From Desulfatiglandales bacterium (lineage in GTDB: Bacteria > Desulfobacterota > DSM-4660 > Desulfatiglandales > Desulfatiglandaceae), in contig OY762721.1 in NCBI GenBank assembly GCA_963666345.1, positions 704,001-768,000 of the forward strand: a DNA stretch of 64,000 nucleotides, in the 5' to 3' direction. The notes under the pieces were generated by a model, which worked only from the letters and a program-made list of their open reading frames with translations, had not been told where the DNA came from and ran no database searches. Below, in pieces: positions 30,768-39,134 of the stretch. Numbering within the stretch: position 1 is the stretch's first letter; the number at the start of each line of letters is the position of its first letter. The translations under genes and the position numbers were made by a program.

Positions 30768-32603
30768 ATGGACCGCGAAGACCGCATCAGCAATCGAAAC
30801 ATAAGGATCATCGCAGCCTATGTGGACAGCAAGCTTTCCGATTTTCATACCCTGTTCAACGGTCTTTCCTATCCTGAAAATGAATATCGTTCTCCAGAGG
30901 AATTCTTCCTGAATGAAGATGAGTGGACAAGCCTCAATAATTTTGAGCGAATCTTCAGGCGTGCCAGGAACCTGGTAGGCGAGGACAACTTCTACTTCAA
31001 CTGCGGGGCATCCTGCGCCAGGCTCAAATCGTGGGGGCGTTTCCATTATTTCGTAAGGGTATTTGCCACACCGAACGACGGGTTCAGAAAGCTCCCCTTT
31101 TTCAATAAAAATTTTAACGACACAAAAGAGGTCGAAATAATTTCTCCTCCCGCCTATGAAAGCAGGTCAAGGAGATTCAGGACCATACTGAAGATAAAGC
31201 TGCACTCCGATATCGATCCTCACAAAGACTACATCAGAGACCCTTATTTCAGGGGAATCATCTCATCCATTCCCACCATGTGGGGTCTCAAGCCTGCCTT
31301 GATCAGACAGGTCTTAAGCCCTTATAACCCTGAAATACTGTTTGAAAAGGAGCCTGAATTCGCCTTCCACGGCCTTAAGGCAAAAATCAGCGGAAACATC
31401 ATGACCGTAACCGACACTGTAAATGACCATTCCTTTACGGCCGGGAAAAAGATCATACTGCTTCCGGAAGAGATAACCGGCAAAAAGGTGTTTCTTGGAA
31501 AATATGACAGCCTTTTTGAAGCCGGAGGTTCAAGGCATGGGGAGAGACATGAGGCACTTCTCATAACAAAGACGGTCAAGTCAAACAATCACGTACTTCT
31601 GCAGGAAGGGGACATATACATGGCCCCCTATTTTATTCTTGATGTCTATTATGAAAGGATGACCCTTTTTCAGAGATTATCCCAGCTGTTCAGATTCAGG
31701 GAGAGCACTCAGGACACGGGCACAGAACTGATAGACACCATAAACAGGCTCAGAAAAAGCATAAAGGCGAAAAACGACGCCTATCAGGAGTTAAAGGAGG
31801 TAAACGCCGAGCTTCTCAAGGCAAAGGAGGGATTGAATAATTACGCGCAGGAACTTGAAGAGAGAGTTGAGGAGAGAACCAGGGAACTGACGGAGGCCAA
31901 AGATGAGCTCACCAATCTTAACCGCGGGCTTGAGAAAAAGGTCAGCGAACAGATCTCACAGCTTGAAAGGTACAACCTGCTGCGCCGGTATCTGTCACCT
32001 AAACTTTCCGAAAGGATACTGACAGGGGATCATTCATTCGGCCGGGGCTCGCAAAGAAAGATGATGACCGCCGTTTTCACCGACATAAGGGGTTTTTCAT
32101 CCCTCACGGACAGTCTTGAACCGGAAGAGATCTCTCAGCTCTTAAACAATTACCTAACCGAAATGATCCGGGTGGTCCATCACTTTGACGGCACCCTCAA
32201 CAAGATAATAGGGGACGGGATTCTGATATTTTTCGGTGATCCGATCCCCTTTAAAGACCACGCAGAAAGGGCCGTCAAGATGGCGATATCCATGCAGGAG
32301 GAGACCGTCAAGCTCAAAGATGAGTGGCAGCGTTTCGGTCATGAACTGGCAGTGGGTATAGGAATAAATACAGGTTATATGACCGTCGGGAACATCGGCT
32401 CTGACGCGCACCTTGACTATACGGTAATAGGAAACCAGGTGAACGTGGCTGCAAGGCTCGAGTCTTTGGCGGGACCGGGACAGATTCTCATCAGCCAGAG
32501 GACATATTCAAGGGTTAGGGATCTGGTGGCGGTCGAGGAGATGGGAGAGATCACCGTAAAAGGCATCCATAACGACATAAAGACATACAGCGTGGTATGG
32601 TGA
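30768..32603 (+). CDS. Class III adenylate/guanylate cyclase with uncharacterised N-terminal domain and coiled coil
   Basis: FTDIRGF, KIIGDG, GINTG and YTVIGNQVNVAARLES motifs. Confidence 0.92.
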   Translation: MDREDRISNRNIRIIAAYVDSKLSDFHTLFNGLSYPENEYRSPEEFFLNEDEWTSLNNFERIFRRARNLVGEDNFYFNCGASCARLKSWGRFHYFVRVFATPNDGFRKLPFFNKNFNDTKEVEIISPPAYESRSRRFRTILKIKLHSDIDPHKDYIRDPYFRGIISSIPTMWGLKPALIRQVLSPYNPEILFEKEPEFAFHGLKAKISGNIMTVTDTVNDHSFTAGKKIILLPEEITGKKVFLGKYDSLFEAGGSRHGERHEALLITKTVKSNNHVLLQEGDIYMAPYFILDVYYERMTLFQRLSQLFRFRESTQDTGTELIDTINRLRKSIKAKNDAYQELKEVNAELLKAKEGLNNYAQELEERVEERTRELTEAKDELTNLNRGLEKKVSEQISQLERYNLLRRYLSPKLSERILTGDHSFGRGSQRKMMTAVFTDIRGFSSLTDSLEPEEISQLLNNYLTEMIRVVHHFDGTLNKIIGDGILIFFGDPIPFKDHAERAVKMAISMQEETVKLKDEWQRFGHELAVGIGINTGYMTVGNIGSDAHLDYTVIGNQVNVAARLESLAGPGQILISQRTYSRVRDLVAVEEMGEITVKGIHNDIKTYSVVW

Positions 32604-32666
32604 AAAAAAAGGGTCAAGGGGATTAAAAGACATCACTTGATTCCTTGAATCCTTGGGCCCTGCCTT

Positions 32667-35186
32667 TTAAAACAGATCATCCAGTTCCGAATACCCTCCC
32701 CCTGGCATCCGGCCATGTTCCTTAAGGTAGCGCACTATAAGCTCGCTTTCCCTCTTTGAGTACATCCTGTCTTCCTCAAAATCAAAGAAGCGGGCATGTG
32801 CGCCTTGCTCAAGCTCCCCAAGAAGACTTTTTCTTATCGTGGCTGTACCCTTTATGGCAATGACGTTCCTTTGTTCACTGTAGAGACGATAGACACCTTC
32901 CCCTTGAGGACACCTCCCCACATTTTCTTTTGTAAAAGGCGTGACCTTTTCAGGCGGAAACTGGGCACGAGTGATACGGAGCCGCAGGTCGCAGTCAAGG
33001 CATCTTTTTGCCTCCCTTATCGCCTGATCGCGCCCTAGGCCCGGACATACCTCGTCAAAGCAGCAGCGCCTTTTTTCAGGTATTATCTTCGGGGCACTTT
33101 CCCGCGCAAGAGAGGCAAAACCCTCGATCTTTCCGATATGAGGCTCAGGCACGTCCCTGTCAAAAAGCACCTCATCAATCACTCCTTCACCTCCAAGTGC
33201 CCTGTCGATCGATTCGGCGGCCGTTCTTCCTGCTGAAACCGCATGAATAATGGAACCCGAACGGGTAAGATCTCCTCCCGCAAACACGCCCTTTAGACCT
33301 GTTTCAAGGGTTTTTTCATCGCAAACGAAAAGTCCTTCCCTGACCTCGATGGGGCGCGACTTTCCGGTAAAGGATAGATCAGGCACCTGGCCCGCGGCAA
33401 TGATGATCCGCTCCCCGTAGATGGTCTTTGCCGTATCGCCGAACAGGGGATTAAAGAGGCCTTTTTCATTAAAAACCGACACGCACTTTACAAGCATAAG
33501 CCCGATAATCTTTTCACCGGCCGTCAAAAGCCTTTGAGGCCCCAGACGGTTCATGATAGCTATTCCCTCATCAAGTGCGGCTTCTATCTCCCGCCTGCCT
33601 GCGGGCATCTTATCCCGCTTTTCAAGGCAGACCATTATCACCCTTTCAGCCCCCAGCCGCACGGCCGTGCGGGCCGCATCCACGGCCACGTTTCCCCCTC
33701 CTATCACTATTACCGAATCCTTCAGTTCAGGGGAACTTCCGATTGAAACCCTTTTAAGGAAATCCACCCCGAAAAGGATATCCTTATGATCCGATCCCTC
33801 AAAGGGGATATGGCGGCTTAGCTGCGCGCCTAAAGCCAGGAAGGCTGCGTCAAATCCCTCCCCTTTAAGGTCTTCAATGCTGAAGTCTTTTCCAACGACC
33901 GTACCGGGCATAAAATCGATACCAAGGCCCATTATCTTCCTTATCTCCCTTTCAAGGAGATCCCGAGGCAGCCTGAAACGTGGGATCCCGTATCGCATCA
34001 TGCCGCCCGGCCTGTCATGGGCATCAAACATGGTTATCGCGTGGCCAAGCCTTCTGAGATAAAAGGCGGCAGTGAGTCCTGCAGGACCCGCCCCCACAAC
34101 AGCCACCCTTTTTCCTGTTTCATCCCTTTGGATGGTTTTTTTCTTCCACAGCCCCTTTTCATTATCCGCGGCAAATCTTTTAAGGGCGCATATGGCTATT
34201 GGTTCGTCTATCTCGCCCCTCCTGCACGCATCCTCGCATGGAGCCGTGCATACCCTTCCGAGGATACCGGGAAACGGGACCTTTTCCCTTATTACCGCAT
34301 GAGCCTCATCCTCTCTTCCTTCGGCAATAAGCCTTATGTAGCCGGGGATATCAATATGCGCGGGACATGCCGCCCTGCATGGGACAAGGTCATCATCCCT
34401 TTTCCCCGGCCTTACGGCCTTATCCATGAGCGCTCCTGTGGGGCAGACCTCGACACAGGCGGTGCAGAACCTGCACCCGGATTCCTCAAGTGTAGGGGAA
34501 AGGGTGCCTACCCTGATCTTGCCCTTTTTATCAAAGACAAACCCTAGGGCCCCCACACCCCTGAGATCATTACAGGCCCTCACGCATCTCAGGCAACCTA
34601 TGCACAAGTTGTAATCGCGCGCAAAAAGTGGGTCTTTCTCTACCACCGGCAGATCTGTCGGCACCCATCTGGGGGTCTCAGGAAGTATGCCTATAAAATT
34701 TGCAACCGCCTCGAGTTCACAGCTCCCGAAAAGGGTGCAGCACCTCTCGTTTTGAGGCACGTCTAAAGAGCACTGTGTCATGCTGCATCCTTCCTGCTGC
34801 GCGCAGGTAAGGCAGGCGTGCCTGTGCCCGGAAAGGATCGGGACAAGCCTTTTACGTCTTTCTGCCTTTACCAGCTCGGTATCGGTTCTTACGACCATCC
34901 CCTCCATTACCGGTGTTGCGCAGGACCTCACAAGCTCATCTTCACCTTCAACCTCCACCAGGCAGAGCATGCAGCCTTCAGCCCTTTTTTCAGGAAATGC
35001 GTTTTCTATCCTGACATCTCCCTGATATACGGCGGATGCAGGTTCCATCCCCTCAGCCTTCGGCAGATCAGGATGTGAGCAGAGGCAAGGTACGTATATC
35101 CCGGCCATGCGCGCGGCCTCAAGCACGCTCGTTTCCTCCTCGGCCTTAATATCAAAGCCGTCTATTGTGAGATTCACCTTGGTCAT
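32667..35186 (-). CDS. bzdV: BzdV-like NAD(P)H:ferredoxin oxidoreductase (2Fe-2S, 4Fe-4S, GltD-like FAD domain, small C-terminal domain)
   Basis: N-terminal 2Fe-2S region, two ferredoxin motifs, CRAACP...GRVC, GAGPAG and GGGNVAVD; directly downstream of bzdQ. Confidence 0.7.
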   Translation of the reverse strand: MTKVNLTIDGFDIKAEEETSVLEAARMAGIYVPCLCSHPDLPKAEGMEPASAVYQGDVRIENAFPEKRAEGCMLCLVEVEGEDELVRSCATPVMEGMVVRTDTELVKAERRKRLVPILSGHRHACLTCAQQEGCSMTQCSLDVPQNERCCTLFGSCELEAVANFIGILPETPRWVPTDLPVVEKDPLFARDYNLCIGCLRCVRACNDLRGVGALGFVFDKKGKIRVGTLSPTLEESGCRFCTACVEVCPTGALMDKAVRPGKRDDDLVPCRAACPAHIDIPGYIRLIAEGREDEAHAVIREKVPFPGILGRVCTAPCEDACRRGEIDEPIAICALKRFAADNEKGLWKKKTIQRDETGKRVAVVGAGPAGLTAAFYLRRLGHAITMFDAHDRPGGMMRYGIPRFRLPRDLLEREIRKIMGLGIDFMPGTVVGKDFSIEDLKGEGFDAAFLALGAQLSRHIPFEGSDHKDILFGVDFLKRVSIGSSPELKDSVIVIGGGNVAVDAARTAVRLGAERVIMVCLEKRDKMPAGRREIEAALDEGIAIMNRLGPQRLLTAGEKIIGLMLVKCVSVFNEKGLFNPLFGDTAKTIYGERIIIAAGQVPDLSFTGKSRPIEVREGLFVCDEKTLETGLKGVFAGGDLTRSGSIIHAVSAGRTAAESIDRALGGEGVIDEVLFDRDVPEPHIGKIEGFASLARESAPKIIPEKRRCCFDEVCPGLGRDQAIREAKRCLDCDLRLRITRAQFPPEKVTPFTKENVGRCPQGEGVYRLYSEQRNVIAIKGTATIRKSLLGELEQGAHARFFDFEEDRMYSKRESELIVRYLKEHGRMPGGGYSELDDLF

Positions 35187-35192
35187 GGATAT

Positions 35193-36098
35193 TTATCCGG
35201 CAGAAAGAATTTTTCTTTTTTTCTTTTTCCCCTTCTTCGCAAGGGCGTACGCGAACAGGGCCGCCCCCACGGCACCTGCGATCTGGGGGTCCCACTCGCT
35301 CTTCAAGCGCCCTAATTTAAGCAAAGGCATGAGCCTGTCCATAACGCCCCTGTTTTTTGCCATCCCGCCTGTCACGGCAAACTCCGGAACTACCCCCAGC
35401 CGCTCCAGAAGGGAGAAGATCCGCTCGGACGTAGCCCGGCAGTACGCGGCAAGGACCGGTTCTTTTGCCCACCCCTTCCTTAAAAGCCCCGCAGCCTCTG
35501 ATTTTGCGTATACCACGCAGGTATTGGTCACGGCATCCGGCTCTTCACCTTCATATTGAAAGGATCTTTCCCCCACCTCCGTAACCGGTATCTCCAGAAG
35601 ATCGGCAAATACCTCCATGCCACGGCCTGTACCGGCTGCGCACTTGTCGTTCATGAGGAAATTTGACACCTTTCCCTTTTCATCGCACAGTATCGCCTTT
35701 ATGTCCTGCCCCCCCACGTCGAGTACCGTGCGTACCTGAGGGCCGTACATGAAATTGGCGCCCCTTGCGTGACATGCGATCTCGGTGATCGTTCGATCGG
35801 CCGCAGGCACATTCACGCGTCCGTAGCCTGTGCCCACACAGTAGCCGATCCTTTCTTCAGGAATGGCTGCTGCCTCAAGCGCAAATTTAAGGGCATTACT
35901 GCCGCTTTCCGCACTGTCAAAACCGGTCGCCATGTTCGAATAGGCAAGAATCTCCCCGTCCGCCATGATCACGGCCTGAGAGCTGACAGAGCCTACATCT
36001 ACTCCTGCGCTTATAAACCGGGCATCCTTCCATTTGATATCCCCGCTTTTCCAGATGCAATCCTTTAATCCGGCCGATTCCTGTTTTTTCTTCGCCAT
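35193..36098 (-). CDS. bzdQ: Benzoyl-CoA reductase bzd-type subunit Q (ATP-dependent activator)
   Basis: N-terminal extension, then GVDVGSVSSQ, GTGYGRVNVP, EIACHARGAN, DVGGQD and MNDKCAAGTGRG. Confidence 0.85.
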   Translation of the reverse strand: MAKKKQESAGLKDCIWKSGDIKWKDARFISAGVDVGSVSSQAVIMADGEILAYSNMATGFDSAESGSNALKFALEAAAIPEERIGYCVGTGYGRVNVPAADRTITEIACHARGANFMYGPQVRTVLDVGGQDIKAILCDEKGKVSNFLMNDKCAAGTGRGMEVFADLLEIPVTEVGERSFQYEGEEPDAVTNTCVVYAKSEAAGLLRKGWAKEPVLAAYCRATSERIFSLLERLGVVPEFAVTGGMAKNRGVMDRLMPLLKLGRLKSEWDPQIAGAVGAALFAYALAKKGKKKKRKILSAG

Positions 36099-36182
36099 TT
36101 ACATCTCCTTAAGATACACAAGCCTTGGTGCACTCGCTTAAGGGTGTTCAAATATGGACTCACGAATTGGTGTCTTAAATGC

Positions 36183-36956
36183 TCACATCCCTTCCGCGGC
36201 CAGAAGGGCCGCGCCAACTGCCGCGCCGAATTGGGGATTATCAGGGATATAAATCTTTTCGACCTTAAGCGCCCGCCTTACCGCCTCAACAATTGCCGGA
36301 TTGAATGCCACACCGCCCAGCATGACAACGTCTTCACTCACACCCACCCTCAGTATCATGGACACGATTCGAGCAGCCACCGCCTCATGCACCGCCCGGC
36401 TGATGTCCTCCCTAGCAGTACCGGCATGAATAAGCCCAACCACCTCTGATTCTGCAAAGACCGCGCACTGGGCGTTCATGGCAATTCCCCTGTCCGATTG
36501 AAGGGCCAGAGGCCCCATCTCCCCAAGGGGTATCTCAAGGATGCGGGCCATGTCTTCTATAAAAGTCCCCGTGCCTGCCGCACATCTTTCGTTTATCTCG
36601 GAATCTATCACATTTCCCTTCTGGTCGATCCTGACCGCCCTTCCCTCTTCAGCCCCCACATCAATCACGGTTCCCGCGTCAGCGAAGAAGTATCCGCCTC
36701 CCCTTGAAACGGCCCTGATATCGTCAAGCGGGCTGTCGGCTGTCCTGATAAAATCTTTCCCTGAGCCTGTGCCTCCGATCCTCTCTATCTCCTGTCTTGT
36801 TACGCCTGCGTCTTCAAGCGCACTCTCAAAAGACTCATAAATCGCCTTTTCCTGATCAAAACCCGTCAGCACGGAGCCCCTGCCGATAACCGAGCCATCC
36901 TTCATGATGACGGTCTTTGTATTCCTGGCGCCGCAATCGATTCCCGCAGTTATCAT
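36183..36956 (-). CDS. bzdP: Benzoyl-CoA reductase bzd-type subunit P (acyl-CoA dehydratase activase family)
   Basis: MITAGIDCG, DVGAEEGRA, NERCAAGTG and CAVFAESEV motifs. The ORF-track N-terminal extension reads partly from an upstream repeat. Confidence 0.8.
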   Translation of the reverse strand: MITAGIDCGARNTKTVIMKDGSVIGRGSVLTGFDQEKAIYESFESALEDAGVTRQEIERIGGTGSGKDFIRTADSPLDDIRAVSRGGGYFFADAGTVIDVGAEEGRAVRIDQKGNVIDSEINERCAAGTGTFIEDMARILEIPLGEMGPLALQSDRGIAMNAQCAVFAESEVVGLIHAGTAREDISRAVHEAVAARIVSMILRVGVSEDVVMLGGVAFNPAIVEAVRRALKVEKIYIPDNPQFGAAVGAALLAAEGM

Positions 36957-36980
36957 CTCTACCATCCCTTTCAGGCAAAT

Positions 36981-37136
36981 TTGACGGTCTCGTAAAAAGT
37001 CCAACTGCTGCGTTATGCTTCATCTTTCGTTATTGCGACGTACCGTGAGTACGTCTCATTCCTCAAGATTTGCAAGCCTTGCATTTGGGCCTTTTTACTT
37101 TGCCGTCCCAAGTATGACTTTTTACGAATTCATCAA
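36981..37136. repeat. 156-bp MITE/REP-like element with 21-bp terminal inverted repeats
   Basis: TTGACGGTCTCGTAAAAAGTC ... GACTTTTTACGAATTCATCAA (17/21 complementary), with an internal GACGTAC..GTACGTC hairpin. Confidence 0.75.
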
Positions 37137-37473
37137 ATTCATTCCCTGTATCTTTATACCGCATATCTTTACTATTTTATTCCTATAATATCAATCAACC
37201 ATATTGCCGATCAATAAGCCCTTTTTATTTTGCTATTGTTATTTATGCCTCGATATCATAATCTATCAGAACTGTCGGATAATATTATGCTTGCCGGTAA
37301 TTGTGGCGGGGCAAAACCTTTAACACTTGATCCATGAGACGAAGATTGGGATCCGCTCGGATTTTTTTAATTTTCCATTATCTGTCAGGTGGAAAATGCA
37401 ATGTAAACTTTTTCATATTTCATATTTTAATATGTCAATATAAGGAGTTATTTCCATTCTATAGAAACAATAC

Positions 37474-38064
37474 ATGCAAAACTTTCCTTATATTGGTGCT
37501 GTTGGGCCAAAGAGAGGCAGCAAATTGAAGACATTGTGGGGTACACGCGAGGCCGCAATAGCCGAACTCTCAACGGCAATGAAAGATGAAGCGGACCTTG
37601 TCGAGGATACGTTCAGGGTTATTGACAAAATCATAGTGCGCTTCGATTCCCGCCAGGCGGAGGATTCTTACGCCCGCGCCTGTGGCTTCACCTTGGCGAA
37701 AGCACGTAATCTTGCGCTTGGCTGCTTCAGTCTCGTTCTTGACGGCCTCGGGCAGGAAGCAGAAGCTCTTATGCGTCCCCTGCTCGAGGCTCACGAACTA
37801 CTCGTATATTTCCGGCTTGAGCCCTCTGGAGTCGACCGTGCGCTCCAAGGGCGCCTGCCTCCCGCCGGCAAGATAGCCAAACGGATCAAGGGACAATACC
37901 ACGATTTCAGAAAACACCTTAACGAGCATGCCTCTCATTTTGGCTTCAGTACATATTCGCTTAGACACATACTCGACGGTAAAGAGCTCAAAATCCGGAA
38001 GGTCCAGCCCATGCTTCCGTTGGTTCTGCGGCGCAACGTAAAAACTGGTCAAGTCTGCCTTTGA
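37474..38064 (+). CDS. Hypothetical helical protein, possibly 3'-truncated
   Basis: Contains a QEAEALMRPLLE...Y motif; the end runs into a GGTCAAGTCTGCCTTTGACC hairpin. Confidence 0.5.
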   Translation: MQNFPYIGAVGPKRGSKLKTLWGTREAAIAELSTAMKDEADLVEDTFRVIDKIIVRFDSRQAEDSYARACGFTLAKARNLALGCFSLVLDGLGQEAEALMRPLLEAHELLVYFRLEPSGVDRALQGRLPPAGKIAKRIKGQYHDFRKHLNEHASHFGFSTYSLRHILDGKELKIRKVQPMLPLVLRRNVKTGQVCL

Positions 38065-38353
38065 CCTTTGGCCCCTTTTCACACACCACCGCAACATCAG
38101 CTCCGGCTTTGTCTTAGCCTGGCATTCTGGTTGATATATTCAATATATTAACCTGATTCATCCTGATACGCATTTTATATATTTCTTTTGAATCAGATTT
38201 CGTCTGTGTTACGATCAGGTGATATTACGAACGAAATCCTCTCATGGCTACAGGACTCACATACATGGGACTTTCACCCCATAAGCCCTTCGGCCTTGGG
38301 CCAGGGGCCGAAGGGTTCACGCCAGCAAGATTTTATCTTGAGTGAATCATTTC

Positions 38354-38887
38354 ATGGAAAGAGAGGTTTTTATTATGCCTGTTTTGAAATTCTATACGAA
38401 CAAATTATTATTATCCGCCCTTGTTCTTTTTATGACCTCTTTTGGCTTGCCGGTTCTGGCTAGCTCCGAGGTACAATCTTCTGATGGAGCGACCATATAT
38501 GTCTCCATCTATTCTAATGTTTACTCCGGCCCCAAGAAGGTACCATTTCAACTGGCAGCGATGTTAAGCATTCGCAACACGGATCCCAAATACCCTATTA
38601 CGGTTTTGAAGGCAGACTATTATGATAACAATGGGAGGATGATCGAAAGATATATTGAAAAGCATATTGAATTGGGACCACTGACCTCTACGTATTTCTA
38701 TGTTAAGGAATACGATGAGAGAGGTGGACCTGGAGCCAATTTTATTGTCAAATGGTGTTCCGCCAATAAAGTGAACAAACCAATCATTGAAGGAATAATG
38801 CTGGGATTAACATCCGGACAAGGGTTGTCCTTTATCTGCCCCGGGCAACCGATAAAAGAGCATGGCAGCCGGAACCCGGTTAAATGA
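38354..38887 (+). CDS. DUF3124 domain protein
   Basis: IYVSIYS, LSIRNTD, YYDNNG and GGPGANFIVKW motifs. Confidence 0.85.
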   Translation: MEREVFIMPVLKFYTNKLLLSALVLFMTSFGLPVLASSEVQSSDGATIYVSIYSNVYSGPKKVPFQLAAMLSIRNTDPKYPITVLKADYYDNNGRMIERYIEKHIELGPLTSTYFYVKEYDERGGPGANFIVKWCSANKVNKPIIEGIMLGLTSGQGLSFICPGQPIKEHGSRNPVK

Positions 38888-38899
38888 ATCAGCCACTTA

Positions 38900-38995
38900 C
38901 TCCGGTAGCCGGGAGTATTACCCCCCAGCCCCCGCAACACCCGGCATGCGGGTCTCCTTCGGCAGGCTCAGGACAAACTCGCCCGGGCGTACCAC
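38900..38995 (-). mobile_element. Group IIC intron 3' remnant (domains V-VI) with a 25-nt insertion
   Basis: Minus strand reads ACGCCCGGGCG[insert]GACCCGCATGCCGGGTGTTGCGGGGGCTGGGGGGTAATACTCCCGGCTACC. Confidence 0.65.
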
Positions 38996-39060
38996 AAAGC
39001 ACTGCACAAGGATTTCTCAAATCTACACATCTTCGAAACCGGTGAGATTGAGTTGAGGAC

Positions 39061-39100
39061 AAAAAAGCACCCCATGATTAAACAGCTGAGATGCTTTTTT
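39061..39100. terminator. Terminator-like hairpin after the ABC-F gene
   Basis: AAAAAAGCA...TGCTTTTTT. Confidence 0.55.
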
Positions 39101-39134
39101 GATTCGTAACGCTGTGTGCGTTGAACCCGGTTAC

